Of a stretch of DNA of 56,667 bases, positions 9,070-17,692 are shown piece by piece. The stretch lies in the IMG/VR virus record IMGVR_UViG_3300020440_001567, positions 1 through 56,667 of that record; one strand, 5' to 3'. Under the pieces are notes generated by a model. The model did not search any database, was not told the DNA's origin, and saw only the letters and a list, made by a program, of their open reading frames with translations. The position numbers were made by a program, and so were the translations under genes. This DNA comes from a virus (lineage: Duplodnaviria; Caudoviricetes). Positions within the stretch are counted from its first letter, which is position 1. Each line of letters starts with the position of its first letter.

Positions 9070-9987
9070 TTATGTACCAATAGCATTACCAAAAAGATAC
9101 ACGTGAACTCTTGCCGCGACGTTATATCCTCTTTTAAAAGCCTTCTCAGCCACTTTACCAGCAGTAGCAGTCTGCTCCTCTTCCCTGGCACCTGTTGGCA
9201 TCACCCATACTGGCCAATCAACCCCTGCATCTTTAAATTTTTTAATTACCAATTCCATCTCGTCCCATTCTCTATCATTAGGACCTACCACAAACTTCAA
9301 TTGTCCTTTGCTAGATAGTTTTCTATACTCTGCAACTACCTCAGGCTTGATTGCTTTCTCTGATTTCTCACCTGACACAGTGAACAGTTTTGGACTACAA
9401 CTAAAAAATACTTCGGTGTCTATTTTATTGATCCAATCTGCAAAAGGCTCTCTTATTTTTTGTGTGCCATTTGTTTCAAATGTCATTGACCCCGGCAAGT
9501 TATTTTGCTTTTCAAGTTGTTCATATATTCCAACTATTGCTTGTTGTCCAGTAGCCATTAATGGTTCACCGCCTGTGAAACACAAATGTTGTCTCTGTTT
9601 TGTTAATGGGTGTAAAAATAATCCATCTGGATTAGTTTCATTTTTCATTATATCCACAATTTTATTTGCCAGTATTGTAGGAGTTTCATGCCCCATTAAT
9701 CCTTTAAATTTCTTTGCCCATGTGTATGAAGAATCGCAACCCTTGTCCCAAACAGGAAGATCTTCAACTCTTTTAACAGTTGAAACATCAAAGTCTTCGA
9801 ATGGCAGTTCATATGTGTCAGGGTTGGTTGGATCCTTTTGACCAAATCCATTACACTGTAAATTACACAAGAAGAATCTTATCCAAGCAGTTGGTACCCC
9901 TGTATAGTGTCCTTCACCCTGTATGCTGTGGAATATTTCAGAGTAGTAGTATTTTTTTTCTGTAGTATTATTTTCGAGATTTGTCAT
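9070..9987 (-). CDS. queE: 7-carboxy-7-deazaguanine synthase (QueE-like radical SAM)
   Basis: EIFHSIQGEG...RFFLCNLQC...GCDS...FTGGEP...ETNGT...SPK...RVH. Confidence 0.85.
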   Translation of the reverse strand: MTNLENNTTEKKYYYSEIFHSIQGEGHYTGVPTAWIRFFLCNLQCNGFGQKDPTNPDTYELPFEDFDVSTVKRVEDLPVWDKGCDSSYTWAKKFKGLMGHETPTILANKIVDIMKNETNPDGLFLHPLTKQRQHLCFTGGEPLMATGQQAIVGIYEQLEKQNNLPGSMTFETNGTQKIREPFADWINKIDTEVFFSCSPKLFTVSGEKSEKAIKPEVVAEYRKLSSKGQLKFVVGPNDREWDEMELVIKKFKDAGVDWPVWVMPTGAREEEQTATAGKVAEKAFKRGYNVAARVHVYLFGNAIGT

Positions 9988-10366
9988 TTTTTTTGTCTAG
10001 CCTTACTATGTTACTGGACTTTAAATGACCAACACTTTCTCGTTGTATGTCGTTGTGTCTGAATTCCGCCCAGTACAATTCAAACGCAACACCATCTTGC
10101 AATCCCTCAAAGGAATGATACAATCCTGGTTTTACGGCTGTGTAGTCACCGGCTTTAAGTATGGTCTCGTCTACTAGGTCGTAGTCCTTTTGCCATACAC
10201 GGATTTTCATCTCGCCTGACATTACGTAGAAACCGTTCCATTTGTATTCGTGCAAATGCTTCGAACAAGTGCCACCTTTTACAAAGTCAATCCTGTGAAA
10301 CTCGCAAGAACCGTTTGCTTCTATAAGTTCTGTTTGTCCCCAAATTTTGCCTGCTATGTTTCCCAT
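9968..10366 (-). CDS. Cupin-domain protein
   Basis: KIWG...CSKHLH...F.V..G....PG.YHSF cupin motifs. Confidence 0.75.
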   Translation of the reverse strand: MGNIAGKIWGQTELIEANGSCEFHRIDFVKGGTCSKHLHEYKWNGFYVMSGEMKIRVWQKDYDLVDETILKAGDYTAVKPGLYHSFEGLQDGVAFELYWAEFRHNDIQRESVGHLKSSNIVRLDKKNDKSRK

Positions 10367-10382
10367 AATGTTCTCTCTATAT

Positions 10383-10583
10383 TTAATCTATTTCTGCTCT
10401 TACTATATGTTTTCTTAATGCTCTGACAAGTTCTTCTATTTTATCTACTACTGCAATCATATCTTTGTCAGTAATATATTTTTGTTTTTCTCTTAACCTG
10501 TCATACTCTTTTAAGGGTATTGTTACTGTGCTCTGTTCGTTTTCAAACGATTTGTCATTAGCGTAATCGTCTACACTTGTCAT
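10383..10583 (-). CDS. Hypothetical protein
   Basis: AGGAG RBS; TTGACA-17-TATTAT upstream. Confidence 0.65.
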   Translation of the reverse strand: MTSVDDYANDKSFENEQSTVTIPLKEYDRLREKQKYITDKDMIAVVDKIEELVRALRKHIVRAEID

Positions 10584-10630
10584 AAAGTCTCCTTTACTTT
10601 AATAATATAGCAGTTTCCTGTTTTTGTCAA

Positions 10631-11089
10631 CTACTTGCCCCATTCTTCCCATGGGAATACTACCCAAGACGGTACTTCGTCTTTGTTAATTTCGTAACCA
10701 TGATAATCAACGGTTGCTTTGCTTGGTTTGTTATTGATTAGGGCGGCAAACTTTATTCTACCATCTCCCTTACCAAAATTGTCTTCTATATATTTGAAGG
10801 TAGATCCTGTGTCGTTTATGTCGTCTATGATTAAAATTTTATTTTGAAACGCATATGCTTTTTCCAAAACAGTCATATTTGGTTTGGCTTTGTGATCTCG
10901 CAATCTTATGTCTAAGACTTCATGCGGTTTGTTCAATCTATGTGATAGATACACTCCCGGTATGCAACCTCCACGATTAATACCTAAAATCAAACTAGGC
11001 ATCCAATTCGAATGGACCATTTGGTCCTCTATCTGTATAAGTGCATTACGCATTTGAATATTAGTAAAATATGTTTTATTAGTATCCAT
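10631..11089 (-). CDS. Type I purine phosphoribosyltransferase (xanthine/guanine PRT-like)
   Basis: GINRGG, PRPP loop ILIIDDINDTGST, WVVFPWE. Confidence 0.88.
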   Translation of the reverse strand: MDTNKTYFTNIQMRNALIQIEDQMVHSNWMPSLILGINRGGCIPGVYLSHRLNKPHEVLDIRLRDHKAKPNMTVLEKAYAFQNKILIIDDINDTGSTFKYIEDNFGKGDGRIKFAALINNKPSKATVDYHGYEINKDEVPSWVVFPWEEWGK

Positions 11090-11414
11090 AATGATGATTT
11101 AAAATACCTAGTGTGTAGATTGCCAAAGATACTGAATTCAATACAATTAAAGATCTGTCATGCCAAAGCATTCCGACTATGACCCAACCAGCAAAACCAA
11201 AATTTGCAACGTACAAATTTATAGGGAACATATTTGCTGATGTAAAAAGCATTGCAAATATCAAGATAATACTACTTGCCCATTTGATGTACCATGATAA
11301 ATCACCTCTTGGTGTAACTTTTTTAAACACCCTGCTTGAATTCAATCTTTTGATTTTATCATCAAGTTTTTCTTTTATAGGTTCTATCGCTTTACTTTCT
11401 GGTGTTTTGTTCAT
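11079..11414 (-). CDS. Small 3-TM membrane protein
   Basis: Three hydrophobic segments after a charged N-terminus. Confidence 0.7.
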   Translation of the reverse strand: MNKTPESKAIEPIKEKLDDKIKRLNSSRVFKKVTPRGDLSWYIKWASSIILIFAMLFTSANMFPINLYVANFGFAGWVIVGMLWHDRSLIVLNSVSLAIYTLGILNHHYGY

Positions 11415-12444
11415 AAATCCTGTTAATTACATTGTTTGTTGTTACAAAACTTGCACACTTAGGCATATCCTTTAAACGTCTTGCTCCGATGTATGTGCAG
11501 GCACTTCTTACACCACCTAATATATCTTCTACTGTATTTCTTACAGGACCTCTATCAGGTAAATCTATGTGTCTCCCTTCATTTCCTCTGTAACCGTCTT
11601 TTCGCTTTCCATGTTTTTCTCTTGCCCTATCAGAACTCATTCCATAAAATTCTCTTTTACCGCCTACTAATTGTGTTTCCGATTCATCATGTCCTGCTAA
11701 CATTCCACCTATCATGACCATATGTGCACCGCCACCTAGTGCCTTTGCTATGTCACCTGGATGCACACATCCTCCATCTGCCATTATGTGTCCATCAACA
11801 CCATTGGCCGCATCAGCACAATCCAGTATTGCACTAAATTGTGGCACCCCAACGCCTGTCATTGTTCTTGTTGTACATACTGATCCAGGACCAATACCGA
11901 TCTTAACAACATCAGCGCCGTTGATAATAAGTTCTTCAGTCATCTCAGGTGTGACAACATTTCCAGCAACAATAACTTTTTCTGGATATTCGTCTCTTAC
12001 ACGTGCTACAAATTCAACCATGTTTTGGTGATATGCGTTTGCCACATCAATTGTAATCATCTTAATATCAGGAAACATCTTAAGTATATCTTGCATATTT
12101 TTATAGTCTTGAGCGTCTTCGTCAAATACTTTGTTTGTGCCTGTGCAGACCGAAACACTTTGTAATCGGAGTCCTTGGCCAACTGCTTCTTTCCATTGTT
12201 CAGGAGTTGTTGTTTTTGTAATTACGGTCATCATTTTGTATTCTTGCAATACTTTTGCCATGCTAAAAGTACCAACACCATCCATATTACTTGCAAAAAT
12301 TGGTAGGAAGTTCATGACTTTTTGTGAATTCCTAAATGTAAATTTTCTTGTCATGTCTACATCTCTACGAGAGGTCAGTGTAGAACGTTTTGGTTGTAGT
12401 AAAACATCTTCGAAATTTAATTTTGCATCGTAATTAATTCGCAC
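11392..12444 (-). CDS. guaC: GMP reductase
   Basis: DVLLQPKRSTL.SR, SNMDGVG, IDVANAY, GIGPGSVCTTR, DGGC, FYGMSS, GGVRSACTY. Confidence 0.93.
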   Translation of the reverse strand: MRINYDAKLNFEDVLLQPKRSTLTSRRDVDMTRKFTFRNSQKVMNFLPIFASNMDGVGTFSMAKVLQEYKMMTVITKTTTPEQWKEAVGQGLRLQSVSVCTGTNKVFDEDAQDYKNMQDILKMFPDIKMITIDVANAYHQNMVEFVARVRDEYPEKVIVAGNVVTPEMTEELIINGADVVKIGIGPGSVCTTRTMTGVGVPQFSAILDCADAANGVDGHIMADGGCVHPGDIAKALGGGAHMVMIGGMLAGHDESETQLVGGKREFYGMSSDRAREKHGKRKDGYRGNEGRHIDLPDRGPVRNTVEDILGGVRSACTYIGARRLKDMPKCASFVTTNNVINRIYEQNTRK

Positions 12445-12754
12445 TTTGTTGCTCCTCTTTTTCTTTCGCTTTACACATTTTTAAAATATTGTTGTAGTGT
12501 TCCCATGCATCTTGTAGTGCGGGATACTTGTCTCTTAATTGAGAGTCGTAATCAAAAGACATTTGTTCACCGTATGTGATATCAATCGGATCCACACTGT
12601 CCACTGTGTAAGTTTTTCCATTGTTCAAAAATCCGTCACTTGGTATCCACGAATCAAGTTCGATTTGATCTGATTGTATACTTGCTTGATACTGCTTAAT
12701 TTTTTGTATCTTACTTTCTTTTGTCGTTTTCTTTTTTGTTTTTTGTCTAACCAT
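12434..12754 (-). CDS. Hypothetical protein (YPALQDAWEHY motif)
   Basis: ORF overlapping both neighbours. Confidence 0.65.
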   Translation of the reverse strand: MVRQKTKKKTTKESKIQKIKQYQASIQSDQIELDSWIPSDGFLNNGKTYTVDSVDPIDITYGEQMSFDYDSQLRDKYPALQDAWEHYNNILKMCKAKEKEEQQSAN

Positions 12755-13457
12755 GGCCCTTCATACTCATACAAATTTTATAAAACTCATCTCTTGTTGC
12801 AGGATCTTCTTTGAAGTGTCCTAGCATAATCGCAGTAGTCATGTCAGACTCGTGCTCTCTTACGCCTCTGTGTGTCATGCAGTGATGTTCTGCTTTCACT
12901 ACTACCGCAATATTTTTTGTGTGTGCATATTCTTGCAATGCTTCAGCAATCTGTGTTGTCATTTCCTCCTGTATCTGAGGACGTTCCGCGATGTGATGTA
13001 CAATCCTATTAAATTTACTCAAACCAATAACTTTGCCGTTTGGAATTATGCCTATCCATGCGTTACCTACAATGTTCTGAAAGTGATGGGCACACGTCGA
13101 TCTAATGCTGATAGGACCACTGGTGTACATACTTTTGTAACCCATGTTCGGAAAACTCGTGACTCTGGGCATTGGCTTGTATCTACCACCAAATGTTTCT
13201 TTGATCCACATCTTTGCCACACGTTTGGCAGTTTCCTGTGTGTTGTGATCGTTTTCAGTGTCAATGATAAGGCTATCTAATAATGACTGCATTTTTGATT
13301 GTACTTCTTCTTGTAATTTTTCTATTTCACCTTCTTTGATATATTCAGAAATATTATCATTCGAATGAAATCTTGCCTGTGCTTTTTTAATTCTGTTTTT
13401 TATAGTTGAACTTATTTCTTCTTTTTTCTCCCACGTGTCTTTTAAAGTGTCATCCAT
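12747..13457 (-). CDS. folE: GTP cyclohydrolase I
   Basis: ETAKRVAK, STCAHH, GLSK, RPQIQE, HHCM..RG Zn-binding motifs. Confidence 0.95.
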   Translation of the reverse strand: MDDTLKDTWEKKEEISSTIKNRIKKAQARFHSNDNISEYIKEGEIEKLQEEVQSKMQSLLDSLIIDTENDHNTQETAKRVAKMWIKETFGGRYKPMPRVTSFPNMGYKSMYTSGPISIRSTCAHHFQNIVGNAWIGIIPNGKVIGLSKFNRIVHHIAERPQIQEEMTTQIAEALQEYAHTKNIAVVVKAEHHCMTHRGVREHESDMTTAIMLGHFKEDPATRDEFYKICMSMKGHG

Positions 13458-14455
13458 TATTGTATTTCCTTTTTATTTGCCTTCTTATGCCAGTTTACAG
13501 CAGTTGATACTATTTTGTCAATAGAACTTAATTGAGGTTGCCAATTTAAATATTTCGTCGTATTGCTGATGTCGGCAACCAAAGAATCTGGGTCACCCGG
13601 TCGCCTAGGTTTTATGTTAATTTTAAAGTCACCTGTAAACTTTTTTACCGAATCTAGTAACTGTTTGTTACTTGTAGGAATACCACTGCCTAAATTAAAA
13701 CTATTGCAGTCAATACCATTGCCAACAAGATTTATTGCCTGTATGTGTGCGTCAGCAAGATCCATAACATGAATGTAATCTCTCACGCAAGTTCCGTCGG
13801 GTGTTTTGTAATCGTCGCCAAACATATTAAATTCATTACCTCGTAAAGATGCATTAATAGCCAATGGTATTATATGTGTTTCTAACTCTCTCAATTCTCC
13901 AACTTCGGCATCTGGATCTGCACCTGCGGCATTAAAATATCTAAGGCTTATACTATTCAGTCCATGTGCTTTATGGTAGTCTCTCAATATTTTTTCAACC
14001 ATTAATTTTGTTTGGCCATATGGGTTGATAGGTTTTTCATTTCCTTCAGCATCAAAACATATGCCATCTTTATCTTCTGGTATCCCGTATACAGCCGCAC
14101 TAGAACTAAAAATAAATTTCTTAACATCTAATTCAATCAATTTGTCCAGTAACTGCAAAGTCATGACTAAATTATTTTTGTAATACTTTGATGGATTAGC
14201 AACAGACTCTCCAACGGCAGTATAGGCCGCAAGATTGATCACAGTGTCAATGGCATACCTCTTAATGATATCACCAAGTTGTGGTAAGTCTATTGGCAAA
14301 TTTAAATTAAATGCAGGACCAAATGTATCTGCCCATGGTTTGTTTTTTAAATTATGATCTATAATCACAGGACTATAACCGTTCTTTGCCAACACCTTGC
14401 ATATGTGCGATCCGATATATCCTGCTCCACCAATAACTAAAATAGTTTTTGCCAT
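13457..14455 (-). CDS. galE: UDP-glucose 4-epimerase
   Basis: GGAGYIGSH, FSSSAAVYG, YGQTK, LRYFNAAG, DGTCVRDYIHV; true start probably MAKTILV at 14455. Confidence 0.92.
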   Translation of the reverse strand: MAKTILVIGGAGYIGSHICKVLAKNGYSPVIIDHNLKNKPWADTFGPAFNLNLPIDLPQLGDIIKRYAIDTVINLAAYTAVGESVANPSKYYKNNLVMTLQLLDKLIELDVKKFIFSSSAAVYGIPEDKDGICFDAEGNEKPINPYGQTKLMVEKILRDYHKAHGLNSISLRYFNAAGADPDAEVGELRELETHIIPLAINASLRGNEFNMFGDDYKTPDGTCVRDYIHVMDLADAHIQAINLVGNGIDCNSFNLGSGIPTSNKQLLDSVKKFTGDFKINIKPRRPGDPDSLVADISNTTKYLNWQPQLSSIDKIVSTAVNWHKKANKKEIQ

Positions 14456-14459
14456 GCCT

Positions 14460-15635
14460 TTAGTATTTAGATTCTGATACTGGTGTCCGATAGTACTTGC
14501 CATCTCTTCTCCATTGTTCACCTTTACCTTGCATAATGTCAATCATTCTGTCTATAGTGCCATCAGTCCAATCTGAAATCTGTCCAATAAATGGTGAAGG
14601 TTCAATTATAAGTTTTTTTAGTTTTTCCATTGCATCTCTGCCTGACCATGGCACATACATTCTTGTCTCATCATTAGCAAAAGTCTCAGGAAAACTTCTG
14701 TATGCAGGAAACAATACATTACAGCCTAAGGTATCGGCTTCTGATACAGTGTTTGATACCCAATCTTGTAAAGCACAATTGAATAGAACTCTTGTATCAT
14801 TTAACAGGTTATAGTAATCATTCTTCTTTAGATTTTCGTGTATTACTATTTGTCCTTCTTTTGCCATTTGTTTTGCTCTATCAACATAAACTTTATTATT
14901 AGATCTCAAAGGGCCGCCTGAGAATAAAGCAAATTCAACCTTTGGAAGTTTATCATTTTGATGCCAATGTTGAACCATATCCATAAAGAAGCCAGGTTGT
15001 TTCTCTTGGTCCCATCTTGCGGCAAAGCCAACTCGCATAGATCTATCTTTGAATGGCTTAATTTTATCAATTCTTGATCTTACTTCTTGTTTGCCAAAAC
15101 TCAAACCGGATATGTTGTATATTGGTGCCTTCCAATTAGCAATACGCATATGTGCAACCATTTCCTCGTTGGTTGCAAGTATATTGACATTAGGAATTTC
15201 ATTACACATCTCTTCATATAAACTCATCCATTTGCTCATACCCCAAACGTGAACAAAATCATCAGGGTCGATAGACTGTGCTAGACACCTTAGATAAATC
15301 TTTGGTCGGAACTCTTCAGGAGACTGTTGAATAATATATGGGAGTGATTCCATTCCTGGTTGGAACATATCTTCAAAAAATATTACATCTTGAGAAGTAA
15401 CTTTTCCTTCTCTCATCATTTTGACCAAATTCATCATTTGACTCATTCCAAAGTATGATCTACCATGTGCATCTAGCACTTGACCTGTCACAATCGCCTT
15501 TGAGTCATCAATTGTTGTACCTGGAACAATTTCGTAATCAATTTTACGTTTTTTGAAAACGTTTTCTGTCCAATCCGTAAGTTGCAGGGTATATCTGCCT
15601 TCGTACGGTTCCAATCCCATATAATATATTTTCAT
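14460..15635 (-). CDS. GT-B fold glycosyltransferase (GT4-like)
   Basis: RVGFAARWDQEKQP...NTVSEA...GC..LFP..RSFPE donor-binding region. Confidence 0.75.
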   Translation of the reverse strand: MKIYYMGLEPYEGRYTLQLTDWTENVFKKRKIDYEIVPGTTIDDSKAIVTGQVLDAHGRSYFGMSQMMNLVKMMREGKVTSQDVIFFEDMFQPGMESLPYIIQQSPEEFRPKIYLRCLAQSIDPDDFVHVWGMSKWMSLYEEMCNEIPNVNILATNEEMVAHMRIANWKAPIYNISGLSFGKQEVRSRIDKIKPFKDRSMRVGFAARWDQEKQPGFFMDMVQHWHQNDKLPKVEFALFSGGPLRSNNKVYVDRAKQMAKEGQIVIHENLKKNDYYNLLNDTRVLFNCALQDWVSNTVSEADTLGCNVLFPAYRSFPETFANDETRMYVPWSGRDAMEKLKKLIIEPSPFIGQISDWTDGTIDRMIDIMQGKGEQWRRDGKYYRTPVSESKY

Positions 15636-15637
15636 TT

Positions 15638-16186
15638 TTAATCCTTGCTTTCTTTTAAGTACTCGATCATTTTGTCCGGTGTTGATTCTATATAAGGGTC
15701 ATCATCTGTGCCTTCATTATTGATGCCTGGTTCCTGCCACCATTTTTCAATAACTCCATTGTTGATAACCGTCATGTATCTCCAACTTCTGTTGCCAAAA
15801 CCTAAATGGTTCTTTCCAATCAACATACCCATAAACCTTGTGAAGTTTCCAGAACCGTCTGGTATCATCTTCACATTTGAGATATTCATGTGTGTACTCC
15901 ATGCATTCATCACAAATGAATCATTTACTGATATACAATAGATTTCGTCGACACCCATATTTTTAATATTCTCATACTCTTTTTCAAAGCCTGGAAGTTG
16001 TTGCGAACTACAAGTTGGTGTAAATGCTCCGGGTAAACTGAATAACACCACTCGCTTACCTTTGAAGTAATCATCTGTAGTCTTATTAATCCATTGTCCA
16101 CCTATAGCACAACCACCATCTGTTTCAACTTCATCACCTTCTCTGGTTCTAAAAGTAACTTTTGGTATTAACATTCCTTCTCTCAT
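15638..16186 (-). CDS. Peroxiredoxin (Prx5 type)
   Basis: PGAFTPTCS peroxidatic motif, SVND.FVM.AW, RSWRY. Confidence 0.92.
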   Translation of the reverse strand: MREGMLIPKVTFRTREGDEVETDGGCAIGGQWINKTTDDYFKGKRVVLFSLPGAFTPTCSSQQLPGFEKEYENIKNMGVDEIYCISVNDSFVMNAWSTHMNISNVKMIPDGSGNFTRFMGMLIGKNHLGFGNRSWRYMTVINNGVIEKWWQEPGINNEGTDDDPYIESTPDKMIEYLKESKD

Positions 16187-16516
16187 CTACGCCTCCTTTG
16201 CTATTAAGATACCACCACTCTGGGTGTGCTTAATTCTGTGTTTGTTTTGTAAAGCAAGTTGTAAAAAACTTTCATACTTTTCATTTTTTACAAGTAATAC
16301 AATAGTCTCATCTCCATTATCATTGTAACCGGAGTGTGACCATATAAAATCTTTTCCGTATTTCATGCCCAAGTTTCCTGCGGTAGTACACAGATTTGCT
16401 ACTGCGTCTACGGTGGTGTAACTTGCGTTCAACCCACCTCCACCTATCGGTAGGTATCCCATTCTCGTTGTTGCTCTTGATTCTTTAAAAGATATTTCTT
16501 TCCACTTATTTTTCAT
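16187..16516 (-). CDS. Hypothetical protein
   Basis: ORF; likely start MKNKW at 16516. Confidence 0.65.
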   Translation of the reverse strand: MKNKWKEISFKESRATTRMGYLPIGGGGLNASYTTVDAVANLCTTAGNLGMKYGKDFIWSHSGYNDNGDETIVLLVKNEKYESFLQLALQNKHRIKHTQSGGILIAKEA

Positions 16517-16967
16517 ATACTGCGTGTGACCCATTTTCTCCATCTTCAGAAACGTCTATCTCAACTTTTCTGCCTGGATATTTCTTTGTTATCTGTATGT
16601 ACAAATCATCTGATATCATCTCACAAGATTTGTAATCTAGTTGCAGTGTGCCTTCAGCATACATTTTTTCCAACCATCTTTTGAACTGAATAAATTCTAT
16701 ATCTCTATCATCGTGGAATACTTCTATTGCTACTTTAAAATGAAATATGTGTCTGTGCGGGTATCCAAGGAAACTTACATCATATTCATCTCCTGTTGCT
16801 AACTTAGGATCATCAAGTGCCGCTGGGTACTTGTGAATACCTTCTTTCCTAAAAGTTACCCAAATCATTTTGGACGATCTTTTTGCTTTTTCAATTAAAG
16901 CAGTATCTCTTGATTGTTCCGGTATATTGTACATTTGATCTATCACGCCGTCTGTTTCTTTACCCAT
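16506..16967 (-). CDS. QueD-like (6-carboxytetrahydropterin synthase-like) T-fold protein
   Basis: EGIH...GYPHRHIF...SCE...VSED pattern; context with folE and queE. Confidence 0.65.
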   Translation of the reverse strand: MGKETDGVIDQMYNIPEQSRDTALIEKAKRSSKMIWVTFRKEGIHKYPAALDDPKLATGDEYDVSFLGYPHRHIFHFKVAIEVFHDDRDIEFIQFKRWLEKMYAEGTLQLDYKSCEMISDDLYIQITKKYPGRKVEIDVSEDGENGSHAVYEK

Positions 16968-17488
16968 ACTGTATTCTCCTCCAATGGTTCATCTTTTTTA
17001 TAGTCACCCCAATCAGTAAAGCCTGCTTTAGTTTTAAAGTCTTCCATATTCATAGTCCATACACCTGGGTTAGTTTTGTTAAAATCTACATCATCAATTT
17101 TGAAACATAATTTTTTATCTTCTTCACTGTTTTCAAAAATTATAGAACAAAATGGAATAAATTTCTTGTGTTGCCATACTCCACTATATTTCTTCTTTAC
17201 CTCATCATGAAGTTTATAAGGATAATCGATTGTCACGTAATAACCTGCATCTAATAATCTACTGACGTGAAGTGTTTGGTTAGCCAAGTTGTTAACGAAG
17301 GTTCTGTTCGCACCAAAATATACCGCTTCAGCATCAACTCCAACTGCATTTTCTAGTATTTGATCGTATGTAAGATCATTCCTTGCAAGGAATAATGTTT
17401 GCAATCCATATGCCGGAGTGTGTTCTACTTCTTTACCAGCGAACATACGCACATCATCTTTTATTCCATTATTATAATCTCGGAGCAT
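16943..17488 (-). CDS. Hypothetical protein within the deazaguanine cluster
   Basis: 181-aa ORF (G.EVEHTPAYG, YFGAN, KIDD.DF..TNPGVW). Confidence 0.75.
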   Translation of the reverse strand: MLRDYNNGIKDDVRMFAGKEVEHTPAYGLQTLFLARNDLTYDQILENAVGVDAEAVYFGANRTFVNNLANQTLHVSRLLDAGYYVTIDYPYKLHDEVKKKYSGVWQHKKFIPFCSIIFENSEEDKKLCFKIDDVDFNKTNPGVWTMNMEDFKTKAGFTDWGDYKKDEPLEENTVWVKKQTA

Positions 17489-17500
17489 AGTTTATTATAC

Positions 17501-17692
17501 TTAATTTTCGTTTTTTGTCAATTCAGTAATTGCATCTTTTATAGTTAATTTTTGTTTTTTCAATCTTACCAAAACAGTTTTGCTTTCTTGAGATCTATCT
17601 TTTTTTCTATCTTCTGTGAGTTGGATTACCTTTTTGTCTAACCAACCGTGTAATTTCTTTAACTTTTTCATTTTTTTACTTTGTCCGCTCAT
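17501..17692 (-). CDS. Small coiled-coil protein (DUF465-like)
   Basis: LKK.H..LD....LKKQKL.IKD.I pattern. Confidence 0.55.
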   Translation of the reverse strand: MSGQSKKMKKLKKLHGWLDKKVIQLTEDRKKDRSQESKTVLVRLKKQKLTIKDAITELTKNEN

